From: Candidatus Iainarchaeum sp.
Lineage (GTDB): Archaea > Iainarchaeota > Iainarchaeia > Iainarchaeales > 0-14-0-20-34-12
NCBI GenBank assembly: GCA_030649345.1
Contig: JAUSKK010000016.1
Span: 1 to 32,000 of the forward strand
Direction of reading: 5' to 3'
DNA length: 32,000 bases
Part shown: positions 16,285 through 24,384 of the stretch, piece after piece
How the letters are laid out: each line of letters begins with the position of its first letter
How positions within the stretch are numbered: the first letter of the stretch is position 1
Made by a program: the position numbers and the translations under genes
The notes under the pieces: model-generated
What the model was told of the DNA's origin: nothing
Databases searched by the model: none
Seen by the model: only the letters and a program-made list of their open reading frames with translations

Positions 16285-17348
16285 ATTTTTCTTTGCACAC
16301 TATATTCTGCCAAAGCCTTCAATTTTTGTTTGGCTTTACTTTCTTTTAATTCTTTATCCACTTTCTTCCAGCTTCCCAGTACAATTTCTTCCGCTTTTCC
16401 TTTAGCATACTCAATGGCATCTGTTTTTTGAATCAAGTCAATGCCTCTTTTAATTTCATTCGGAAAACGTGTATGTGAATTCAATATTTCAATTAATTCT
16501 TTTCGTTCTTTTTCATTTAATTTTTTTAAAGCCCTTAAAACCAGCAAAGTTCGTTTGCCTTCCGTGATATCTTCTCCGATTGTTTTTCCCCATTCTCCGC
16601 TTTCAGGAACTAAATTTAAGATATCATCCTGTATCTGAAATCCCACGCCTATACTTTGAGCAAATTCTCCTAAAGCATTAATTTGTTTTTTGGTTCCATT
16701 ACCTAAAATTCCCCCAATCATAGCACTCATTCTTGCAAGCACTCCAGTTTTACACAAACACATTTGCAAGTAATGCTCTTCGCTTAAATTTGTCTTTTTT
16801 CCTTTATGCCAATGAATGTCCATGGCTTGGCCTAAGCTTACGCGGAGCATTTCTTCTACAAATACATTGTATATTTGTACTTGTTGTTTTTCGCTTAATT
16901 TTTTTAAATTCCGATACACTGGAATCATAGGCAAAAAATACAAAGTATTCGAATCATTAATGGCTGTATCCATTCCAAACAATTTATGCAATGCAGGTTT
17001 TCCTCTTCTTACCTCTGAACCATCTTCAATGTCATCGGCAACCAGAGTTCCATTGTGCACCATTTCCGGAATAGGTGTAAACGGCAAAGCTTTTTTTTCA
17101 GTTCCACCCACCGCTGTACAGCACCAAATCATTAAAGCTGGCCGCCATCTTTTTCCGCCGCGATTTAATAAATCCCAAATCGGTTTGCTGACTTCTTCAG
17201 TAATGGTTTCCGAGTGATATTTGTAAACAGGTTTCCCTAAAGCAGTATTCAACCAAGCATTCGAAATTTTTTTAGGCAAAATTTTTTGCATTTCTTGATC
17301 TATTTTTGGTTTGAGTTTTTTCAATTCGTGTTTAATATCTACACTCAT
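16281..17348 (-). CDS. idsA: Polyprenyl (geranylgeranyl) diphosphate synthase, type III GGPPS-like, copy 1
   Basis: 355-aa ORF. The first Asp-rich motif 'LVADDIEDGSEVRRGKPA' and the second 'GFQIQDDILNL' resemble eukaryote/archaeal GGPS1-type enzymes ('DDIEDxSxLRRG', 'FQIxDD'). Confidence 0.88.
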   Translation of the reverse strand: MSVDIKHELKKLKPKIDQEMQKILPKKISNAWLNTALGKPVYKYHSETITEEVSKPIWDLLNRGGKRWRPALMIWCCTAVGGTEKKALPFTPIPEMVHNGTLVADDIEDGSEVRRGKPALHKLFGMDTAINDSNTLYFLPMIPVYRNLKKLSEKQQVQIYNVFVEEMLRVSLGQAMDIHWHKGKKTNLSEEHYLQMCLCKTGVLARMSAMIGGILGNGTKKQINALGEFAQSIGVGFQIQDDILNLVPESGEWGKTIGEDITEGKRTLLVLRALKKLNEKERKELIEILNSHTRFPNEIKRGIDLIQKTDAIEYAKGKAEEIVLGSWKKVDKELKESKAKQKLKALAEYSVQRKI

Positions 17349-17405
17349 AAAAAGTATACGTATTCTCTGAACTTTTTATACTTGTGCTTTCTACAAAATA
17401 TTAAC

Positions 17406-17535
17406 TGTTATCCAATGCAATAGGTAGAAATCAATAATTCTTTTTGTTTGTTCAATACCTTGTCCAAGGTATTGAATGTTATCCAATGCAATAGGTAGAA
17501 ATCAATAATTCTTTTTGTTTGTTCAATACCTTGTC
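17406..17535. repeat. Two perfect 59-nt direct repeat copies (17406-17464 and 17477-17535, period 71 nt) between the GGPPS paralogs
   Basis: 'TGTTATCCAATGCAATAGGTAGAAATCAATAATTCTTTTTGTTTGTTCAATACCTTGTC' occurs twice without a mismatch. The second copy abuts the stop codon of the upstream paralog. Confidence 0.95.
17451..17476. repeat. Perfect 11-bp inverted repeat (hairpin) at the repeat junction
   Basis: 'TTCAATACCTT-GTCC-AAGGTATTGAA'. The left arm belongs to repeat copy 1 and the right arm is the 12-nt spacer. Confidence 0.9.
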
Positions 17536-18632
17536 TATACTTTTCGTTGAACCACAAATTCTGCCAAAGCTTTCAGTTTTTGCTTGAATACACTTTCCGC
17601 AAGCTGGTTTTCTACATTTCTCCAGCTTTCAATTACAATATCTTCTGCTCGCTTTAAAGAATATTCTACTGCTCCTGTTTTTTTAATAATTTCAATGGCT
17701 CGAATAATTTCAAATTCATTTCTTGTATGGCTTTTTAGAATTTGAATTAATTCTTCTTTTTCTTTGGCTGGAGCTAATTGGAGTGCACGTAAAACTAAAA
17801 TAGTTCTTTTGCCTTCCGTAATGTCATCCCCGACTGCTTTGCCCCATTCTTGGCTGGCTGGAAATAAATTTAAGATATCGTCTTGAATCTGAAAGCCTAC
17901 ACCAATGCTTTCAGCAAACTTTCCCAAAACATTTATTTGTTCTAGACTTCCATTTCCTAAAATGACTCCAATTTTGGCACTCATTCTAGCTAAAACACCG
18001 GTCTTGTAAGCGCACATTTGTAAATAATGTTCTTCGGTTAAATCGTATCTTTTATGATTATGCCAATGAATATCCATGGCTTGACCCATGCTGGCTCGAA
18101 ACATTTCTTCTCCAATAACTTCAAATAAAGCCAGTCTTTTTTCTGCACTTAAATGCCCCATATTTCTATAAAGTAAAACTTGCGGCAAAAAATACAAAGC
18201 TCCAGAATTATTTACTGCAGTATCCAAGCCATACAATACATGAATGGCAGGCTTTCCTCTTCGAACCTCAGATTTGTCTTCTACATCGTCTGCAATTAAA
18301 GTTCCAGTATGAATCAATTCAGGCAAAGGAGTAAACATTAAAGCATCTTCTATTTTTCCTTGAACCGAACCACAAGACCATAACATTAAAGCTGGCCGCC
18401 ATCGTTTTCCGCCGCGGTCTAAAAAATCCCAAACTGGAACAGCAAATTCTTCTTGCAAGGTCTGAATATCGTATTTGTAGGCTGCAGGCCCTAAAGTTAA
18501 TTTCATCCAGTCTTCAGTAATTTGTCTGGGAATAATTCGTTCCATTTCCCGATTAATCCAAGGTTTAATGGCTTCCAATTCGTGTTTAATATTAATTGAT
18601 TGCAGGACTGTTTTTTCCATAGGCTCACCCAA
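17535..18632 (-). CDS. Polyprenyl (geranylgeranyl) diphosphate synthase, type III GGPPS-like, copy 2
   Basis: 365-aa ORF, collinear with copy 1 along its whole length. By eye, more than half the residues are identical. Its motifs are 'LIADDVEDKSEVRRGKPA' and 'GFQIQDDILNL'. Confidence 0.88.
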   Translation of the reverse strand: MGEPMEKTVLQSINIKHELEAIKPWINREMERIIPRQITEDWMKLTLGPAAYKYDIQTLQEEFAVPVWDFLDRGGKRWRPALMLWSCGSVQGKIEDALMFTPLPELIHTGTLIADDVEDKSEVRRGKPAIHVLYGLDTAVNNSGALYFLPQVLLYRNMGHLSAEKRLALFEVIGEEMFRASMGQAMDIHWHNHKRYDLTEEHYLQMCAYKTGVLARMSAKIGVILGNGSLEQINVLGKFAESIGVGFQIQDDILNLFPASQEWGKAVGDDITEGKRTILVLRALQLAPAKEKEELIQILKSHTRNEFEIIRAIEIIKKTGAVEYSLKRAEDIVIESWRNVENQLAESVFKQKLKALAEFVVQRKV

Positions 18633-18728
18633 AGTATCATTTTAAAAAATATAAAAAAATCTAAAAAACTAAGACTAATTGAGTAAAAGACCAATGGGCT
18701 TTTAAATCTTTCAAGTTTAATTTCTAAA

Positions 18729-18833
18729 ATGAAAAAAATTCCCAAAAAATGCCCACAGTGCAATTCCTCGCGCATTATCAGTGCACTAAATCGTTTTAAG
18801 TGCTTGAAATGCAATTTTATTCACAGTGTTTAA
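18729..18833 (+). CDS. 34-aa zinc-ribbon small protein (not in the ORF track)
   Basis: Hand translation gives 'MKKIPKKCPQCNSSRIISALNRFKCLKCNFIHSV*' (CPxC ... CxxC). 'TTTAAATC' at 18701-18708 lies ~25 nt upstream of the ATG, which fits a leaderless transcript. Confidence 0.4.
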   Translation: MKKIPKKCPQCNSSRIISALNRFKCLKCNFIHSV

Positions 18834-19246
18834 CCTAAAAATTCTTTTAAAACTTTTAATCTTGCTTGTTTTTTGGAAATTTCGTTTCTGGTCTGCAAAC
18901 TATCTCTTCCAGCTCCGTGTGAAAGCTCTAAAATATCTTGTTCCAGTTGCCCAATTTCTCCTCGGATTGTTTTTTTTACAATCGGAGTTATTTTTCGTGT
19001 TTGTTTGAACTTTCTCAAGGCTCTTAATTTTGCACTTTTTGTAACTCCCGTAATTCTTCCCACTCTAAATGGCCTAATTTTGCTTTTTCGGTTAGACCGC
19101 AGTCTTTCTTTTGGGCCCCAAGGCATGATTGTTAATCCGCGAACCACATATTGTTTGGTTCTCCGCAAAGTTTTCGTTCGATCTTGCAATGTATGTTTTA
19201 CTGCTCTCGGAATTTTTCGTGCAATCATAGTATCATTCAATAACAT
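18830..19246 (-). CDS. Highly basic hypothetical protein (possible nucleic-acid-binding or ribosome-associated)
   Basis: 138-aa K/R-rich ORF immediately downstream of, and co-oriented with, the RecJ/GAN gene (11-nt gap). No family recognised. Confidence 0.5.
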   Translation of the reverse strand: MLLNDTMIARKIPRAVKHTLQDRTKTLRRTKQYVVRGLTIMPWGPKERLRSNRKSKIRPFRVGRITGVTKSAKLRALRKFKQTRKITPIVKKTIRGEIGQLEQDILELSHGAGRDSLQTRNEISKKQARLKVLKEFLG

Positions 19247-19257
19247 TTTCAGTATAT

Positions 19258-22230
19258 TTAATTCTTTTTCAATTGGTTTTCAATTTCTTGCTCTAATAAT
19301 TTCAAAAATTTGTCTTGCTGGTCTATTGGAACCCTGCAGCCCGCTGCTGGACGATGTCCTCCACCTTCAGCTCCTTCAATTTGTGCACAGCAAGTCTTCA
19401 AAAGTGTTCCTAAATTTAATCCAGCCCGAACCAAATCATCACTTGCGCGAGCACTAATCTTCAAATTCCCATCCGGATATTTAGAAATCGCAATAATGGG
19501 TTTATTATGTTCCAGTATTCCAGAGCCATACAGCATTCCTGCCACAATTCCAATAATGGAATCTTTAATTTTTCCTTTGGAATCAAAATAATAATAATTT
19601 TTTCTTTTCTCCACTCCTTGTTCTGTAACCAATCTAAGTCCTTCACTGAGTTCTCTTCGATGATTGGCAAGCAAACGCAAAGCTTCATCGTAAGCATTCG
19701 AACGATTTCCTAAACACACTTGCAAAGCAATATCTTCATTTTCATGGCGTGCACAATTATGAACTACTATTCCATTTGCAATATAGTTGTGTGTTTCATC
19801 TACTGTAAAATCATAAACTTCGCTTATTCCATTCACTTCTTTTATCTCTTCAATTTTTTCCCAAGTTAAATCTGATTCCAAATGTGAATAAATTATTTTT
19901 ATAAGATTGGATGCATGACCTAATTTAGTTATCACGACTTTAATGCCATTACCCAGCTTTTTTTGGGCATTCGCTCCAGGCTTTTTTCCTTCAATAATCC
20001 GGTAAGTCCATTCTTCTGATAATTCACAATATTGACTAAATTGCCTTGTGCTTATTTTGGCATTTTCTAAAAATTCAGGTAACTTTTTGTTTTGCAAAAA
20101 TTTATCCACGGCAGCAATTTTTTTTTGTAGCTGTACTTCAAAATAGTCTATGAACTTAACTGCGTGCTGTCTTGTTGGATTAACTGCGCTTTTTTTATAA
20201 TACGTAAAAATACTGCTGATTTCATTTGGTATTCCAAGCAAATCTTTCAATTCCAATAACTCATTTTTAATTTGTGGCATTATTTCATAATTCGAATTAT
20301 CCAATTGTGTGTTTTTTATGAACTTTCTTATTTTTAATTGGTAATGGCTATTTTTCATTATAGGTTCTAATTTTTTAAAATTTTCAATTCCAGTTATAAA
20401 CAACCTATATTTATTGCCTGTACAATCTTTGCATGGTTTGTTTGTGACTGTGCTGTTTATTGAAAATTTTAATAGGATATTTTGAAAATCGTTCATTATC
20501 TCTTTGCTGTGACTTGCGTAGGTTATGCTTCTGCCGGACATTGAACCATCGCTTTCTAATAACCCGCGAATACACGCAGCAGCGTTCTTCTTGTTTAGAA
20601 ACGGTATTATTTTTTTAAGAGTGATCTGTGTGTCTTTTTTCCCTTTAGGAACTCCTAACCTGTTGAAAACTTCAACCAGTGTTTTTCCATTTATGTAAGC
20701 ACTAAAATAGGTCGGCCGGCGGTCATAGGATAATTTGCTTATTCCAAACAAACTTTTTATTATGTGTTTATGTTTTTTGAATATTCGTCTGCCTTTCAGA
20801 GTATTGGGGTAAATTAATCCTATATTGTGTGTGTCTAAATGTCCGTCTCCTAAAATAAACCCATACAACTCAAAGAAATTCGAATTTAGTTCAGTGTTTT
20901 TTATGTAATTTATGCATCGCTTAAATCTGAATCTATTTCCATTCGAGCTCCATTGTATTTCATCTTGCTTAAAAAAATCTTTTGCATACGTTTTTTTAAT
21001 TTCTATATCCGGAATGCTCCGCAGCGTGGCAACATAATCACCAGTACGTAACTTTTCTAGTTCGTGCCAGCCAAATGTGTGATTGTAGGATAAAATTTCA
21101 TGATTTTGTGTAGCAATAAGTGTTTTTTTTCTATTTGTTTTTAACTCCAGTAATTTAATTCCTGGCGGCACTGCAATTTTATGTCTTTTTTCAATCTGAC
21201 TTTTGCTGTATTTCAAACTTTTTTGGTTAAGACTCAGCAGTTTCTCTTTGTCAAAATTTTGTATTGGGATGTTTGTCCCATTTGAATCCAAAATGAGTGT
21301 ATCTGCTGTCACACAGGCATTTAGAATGGTTCCATATTCTTTAGCATCCTTTAATGGACTACCCCAACTTTCTTTTGTTAAAGTATACACTTCTCCAATT
21401 AAGGATTGAATTTTCCATTCCGGAACATTGACTTGATGCAAATACAAAATCAAAGCAGTCGTAAATTTTTGTTTATCGTCCAAACTTAATTCTTCATAAC
21501 TTGGCCAACGATTATCTTGTTTTATTTTAATTCCATTTTCATGCAAAAAAGAAACGCAAGCTCCTTCATTTCCAGTTAAACCTGGCAACATCGGAGAACT
21601 GGCAAACATTAAAAATTGAACCAAAGGCCGTGAAATTCTTCCATACAAACGTAAATCAATTTTTTTTTCTAACACACCTGCGCTAATTCCATCTTCTAAA
21701 ATTTCCCGATTCAAACCAATCACTTTTCCAGAGCTATCCTGCACATCTCCACAAGCTCCCACAATTCCTAAATCGGCTAAATCTTTATTTTTTTCATTTA
21801 ACATTCTGGCAAAAAAATAAGCTGAACCACTAGCACTCAATTCATAACTTCCACTAAATCCAAATGTGTTTGCATTGAAGTGATTTTCATGATCACTTGT
21901 AACCTGATGATGATCTAAAACAAAGAAATTTTTTCCAAATTCTTTTTCTAAAGGAATTAAATAACTAGAGCCTAAATCCACAAAAATAATGTTTTCAAAA
22001 CCCAATTCTGCTTGTTTTGCTTTCAGTTCTAAAACAATTTCTGCATACAATTGCTTCAAAATTCTAGTGCCTAAAACTTTTTTGTTTTCCCGTTGCAAAG
22101 CTTTAATCACAATTGCAGTTGACGTACATCCGTCAGCGTCATGATTTCCAACAATAAAAAAATTATCCAAATTCCTTATTTTTCCAACAATTTGTGTCAA
22201 TCGTTCTTCGAATGCTTTTTGGTCTCCCAT
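19258..22230 (-). CDS. RecJ/GAN-type DHH-DHHA1 phosphoesterase (archaeal Cdc45/RecJ homolog) interrupted by an intein
   Basis: 990-aa ORF with DHH motifs 'VGNHDADG', 'FVLDHH' and 'GACGD', and the DHHA1 motif 'GGGHRPAAG'. The extein total of ~470 aa matches archaeal RecJ/GAN. A 520-aa insert has intein hallmarks. Confidence 0.9.
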   Translation of the reverse strand: MGDQKAFEERLTQIVGKIRNLDNFFIVGNHDADGCTSTAIVIKALQRENKKVLGTRILKQLYAEIVLELKAKQAELGFENIIFVDLGSSYLIPLEKEFGKNFFVLDHHQVTSDHENHFNANTFGFSGSYELSASGSAYFFARMLNEKNKDLADLGIVGACGDVQDSSGKVIGLNREILEDGISAGVLEKKIDLRLYGRISRPLVQFLMFASSPMLPGLTGNEGACVSFLHENGIKIKQDNRWPSYEELSLDDKQKFTTALILYLHQVNVPEWKIQSLIGEVYTLTKESWGSPLKDAKEYGTILNACVTADTLILDSNGTNIPIQNFDKEKLLSLNQKSLKYSKSQIEKRHKIAVPPGIKLLELKTNRKKTLIATQNHEILSYNHTFGWHELEKLRTGDYVATLRSIPDIEIKKTYAKDFFKQDEIQWSSNGNRFRFKRCINYIKNTELNSNFFELYGFILGDGHLDTHNIGLIYPNTLKGRRIFKKHKHIIKSLFGISKLSYDRRPTYFSAYINGKTLVEVFNRLGVPKGKKDTQITLKKIIPFLNKKNAAACIRGLLESDGSMSGRSITYASHSKEIMNDFQNILLKFSINSTVTNKPCKDCTGNKYRLFITGIENFKKLEPIMKNSHYQLKIRKFIKNTQLDNSNYEIMPQIKNELLELKDLLGIPNEISSIFTYYKKSAVNPTRQHAVKFIDYFEVQLQKKIAAVDKFLQNKKLPEFLENAKISTRQFSQYCELSEEWTYRIIEGKKPGANAQKKLGNGIKVVITKLGHASNLIKIIYSHLESDLTWEKIEEIKEVNGISEVYDFTVDETHNYIANGIVVHNCARHENEDIALQVCLGNRSNAYDEALRLLANHRRELSEGLRLVTEQGVEKRKNYYYFDSKGKIKDSIIGIVAGMLYGSGILEHNKPIIAISKYPDGNLKISARASDDLVRAGLNLGTLLKTCCAQIEGAEGGGHRPAAGCRVPIDQQDKFLKLLEQEIENQLKKN
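19756..21315 (-). mobile_element. Intein with LAGLIDADG homing endonuclease (aa 306-825 of the host ORF)
   Basis: The N-terminal splice junction is 'ILNA|CVTADTLIL' (Cys1) and the C-terminal junction is 'NGIVVHN|CARHE' (HN plus Cys+1). The two LAGLIDADG motifs are 'LYGFILGDGHL' and 'IRGLLESDGSM'. Codon positions were checked against the DNA: TGT at 21315-21313, AAT at 19758-19756 and TGT at 19755-19753. Confidence 0.85.
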
Positions 22231-22290
22231 ATTAAGTTTGAGTTTGAATGGTTTAAAAAGAAAACGAAGGTAGACTTCCCGTTAAATCAG

Positions 22291-22524
22291 TTAATTGGAG
22301 CTTTTTTGAACCGGTATTTTGGAAACACTAACTTCAGCTAAAGATTTTGCAGGAATTCTCTCTTTAATGGCCAGTAATTCTATTCCTAAAATATTGCCAT
22401 CTTTGTCAAAATCTGCAATAGTTTTGTTATCGATTTTTTTGTTTTTATAAAATGTGCCTTTTCGAAACGAAATATACATTGCATTTGCGTCTAAGTCAAT
22501 TTTGATCTTCATAACTATACCCAA
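22291..22524 (-). CDS. DUF2283-like small protein (putative antitoxin)
   Basis: 77-aa ORF. 'DLDANAMYISF...DFDKDGNILGIELL' matches the DUF2283 pattern (D.EAD.LYI ... D.D..G.+.GIE+L). It overlaps the upstream gene by 10 nt. Confidence 0.65.
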   Translation of the reverse strand: MGIVMKIKIDLDANAMYISFRKGTFYKNKKIDNKTIADFDKDGNILGIELLAIKERIPAKSLAEVSVSKIPVQKSSN

Positions 22525-22742
22525 TATGTGGTTATAATCTTAATAATTGTATCCGTTTTTTGGAAAACAACTTCTAACCTTCCTTTGAACGTATTTTTAG
22601 TAGCTATCCAGGTATCTTTTTGTTTTTCAATTCTTTCTGCCTGTTCAATGACCTCTATTACTAAATCCAACGATACTCCTCGTTGGTGCATTCTTTCCTG
22701 TGCATGACCTGTAAGTAGGTATTTCATTTTCTCCAAATACAA
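22515..22742 (-). CDS. DUF4258-like small protein (putative toxin)
   Basis: 75-aa ORF. 'GHAQERMHQRGVSLDLVIEVI' matches the DUF4258 'HA..RM..RGIS' N-terminal motif. Confidence 0.65.
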   Translation of the reverse strand: MYLEKMKYLLTGHAQERMHQRGVSLDLVIEVIEQAERIEKQKDTWIATKNTFKGRLEVVFQKTDTIIKIITTYWV

Positions 22743-22802
22743 AATTCGTTTTTCTTTATAAACACTTTGAGAGTAGACTTCCGGTATTTCCGGTGAAATT
22801 AG

Positions 22803-23420
22803 TTAGATTTCAATAATCTTATCGCAGAATTCTGAAATGTATTCCGCCAAGCTTTTTTTGTGTTCTTTAGCCAGCAACACTATTGAATTGGCTTCATGAA
22901 TTCTGGATTTGGAAATCAGACTGTGCACAAATTTTTCGACAGTATCGTGCTGGTTGTATACCAATAAAGTACTGGCTGAATCCAATAACACAAACTTTTT
23001 GCCTTTTAATTCTTTTAAAATATTTTCTGTTAAAACACTAATTTCTGTCAATTCTTTTGGAGAGTCCACAAAATAAAAATTTTCTTTGCTGGATTTTTGT
23101 CCGCCGCTTTGCATGGTAATTCCATCCAAGAAAACAAGCTGGTTGGTGTCAATTCCTTGTGCTTTAATTTTTTCTTCCAATATTTGGGCTGGCATGTTAA
23201 CTGTAATATAAACACCCCAATATTTTTTTTGAATTAAATATTTGATAATTCCTGCAATCACTTGATTGTGGCTGGATAAGTTTTCAATAACCAAAACTTG
23301 AAAATCTGGATCCAATCCTTCCAGTTCGCGCTGAAAGATCAACGAAATTTTACGGCTTTCCAACAATAATTCTTCCAGTTCATTTTGAGGTAAAGTAGTT
23401 TCAGACATATGAGTGTTCAA
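22803..23420 (-). CDS. KaiC/RecA-fold-like protein lacking a Walker A motif (degenerate paralog)
   Basis: 205-aa ORF directly downstream of the KaiC-like ATPase. It has a similar alternation of beta and alpha segments ('VYITVN', 'FVLLDSASTLL', 'SIVLLAKE') but no GxxGxGK[ST]. The fold assignment is an inference. Confidence 0.5.
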   Translation of the reverse strand: MNTHMSETTLPQNELEELLLESRKISLIFQRELEGLDPDFQVLVIENLSSHNQVIAGIIKYLIQKKYWGVYITVNMPAQILEEKIKAQGIDTNQLVFLDGITMQSGGQKSSKENFYFVDSPKELTEISVLTENILKELKGKKFVLLDSASTLLVYNQHDTVEKFVHSLISKSRIHEANSIVLLAKEHKKSLAEYISEFCDKIIEI

Positions 23421-23513
23421 AATATACTGTAAGTATAATGCAGTCTGGCTTTATTTTATTTTGGTTTATTTGCTTGTTTTGCAAGCTGTTTCAGCGTTGT
23501 TTCCATGTCTGTA

Positions 23514-24248
23514 TCATTTCACGTCTTCAAATAATTGCTGCCCTGCTAAAATATGAACTCCTTCTCGGTCAATGCGTACTGGATGCAAATTTTCGCTGAT
23601 TTTGGTGTTTCTCATTTTAAGAATTCCTGTGCCGCGAATGAATTTTTCCTGGAGTTTAGTGTGGTACATTAAAATGACTCCATCCGCTACATATTCTTCC
23701 AATCCAAACAAAGAACTGGAATTATCTAAAGAAATTTCATTCGTAATAATACTGGTAACATTCAATCGTTTCAGCATTCTTCCCAAACTCAAAATTCGCT
23801 TTCTGGCATCCAGTTCTTTTTCAAAATACAATCGAAAAATTACGCCTGGATCAATAATGACTCGTTTGGCTCCTAATTTTTCAGTTAAAGTTTCAATCGT
23901 ATTCCTGAGTTTGTCAAAATCGTACAATTCAATGTTTTCAATTTCTAACATTCCCTTGTCCATTTGTTCTCTTAAATTCCATCCAAAATAGGAAGCCATA
24001 TTCACAAGTTCATCTACTTCTTCTTCTAAAGAAATATACACTCCTGGCTCATTATGGTATTTGGCTCCATAATACAAGTATTGCATGCATAGCACTGTTT
24101 TGCCTGAACCCGGATCTCCAGAGACAACTACTAAAGAACCTTTTGGAATTCCACCGTCCAATAATTCATCCAATCCAGGCACTCCGGATTTCACTCTTTC
24201 TGGAGTAGTTAAAACATTTTCCGTACTTGCGATTTTTTTTGCCGCCAT
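23514..24248 (-). CDS. Single-domain KaiC/RadA-like ATPase (COG0467-type)
   Basis: 244-aa ORF. 'GVPGLDELLDGGIPKGSLVVVSGDPGSGKT' contains Walker A. The Walker B-like segment is 'KRVIIDPG'. Size and layout match the single-domain archaeal KaiC-like/ArlH-like family. Confidence 0.85.
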   Translation of the reverse strand: MAAKKIASTENVLTTPERVKSGVPGLDELLDGGIPKGSLVVVSGDPGSGKTVLCMQYLYYGAKYHNEPGVYISLEEEVDELVNMASYFGWNLREQMDKGMLEIENIELYDFDKLRNTIETLTEKLGAKRVIIDPGVIFRLYFEKELDARKRILSLGRMLKRLNVTSIITNEISLDNSSSLFGLEEYVADGVILMYHTKLQEKFIRGTGILKMRNTKISENLHPVRIDREGVHILAGQQLFEDVK

Positions 24249-24384
24249 TAAAATCTCCTGGATTTTAAAGTTTTTGAACTTGAAAATTTTGAAGTCATTA
24301 GGATATTAATTGGTTTATTCTATTAAAAGCTTTCTTTAGAAGAATAGAAAAAAATCAGATACTGAAAATAAAAAAAGTATAAAA

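Noticed and set aside
16816-17217. 133-aa ORF antisense to GGPPS copy 1. Comparable antisense ORFs are at 18873-19457, 23572-23991, 27376-27726 and 30037-30396.
   Set aside because: Each is fully embedded opposite a confidently identified CDS (GGPPS, RecJ/GAN and the basic protein, KaiC-like, TadC-like, ATPase). Their peptides have no motifs.
17406-17535. Possible CRISPR array or MITE
   Set aside because: There are only two repeat copies, and the spacer (12 nt) is far shorter than CRISPR spacers. No terminal inverted repeats flank the unit and no cas or transposase genes lie nearby.
18503-18814. 103-aa minus-strand ORF spanning the GGPPS copy 2 start and the upstream intergenic region
   Set aside because: It overlaps the 5' end of the GGPPS gene in another frame. 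Its sequence is hydrophobic and low-complexity. The gap is better explained by the promoter region plus the 34-aa zinc-ribbon ORF on the plus strand.
18830-19246. Assigning the 138-aa basic protein to a specific ribosomal protein family (L19e, L29, L15e considered)
   Set aside because: I found only vague compositional and C-terminal helix resemblance and no diagnostic motif match. It is left as hypothetical.
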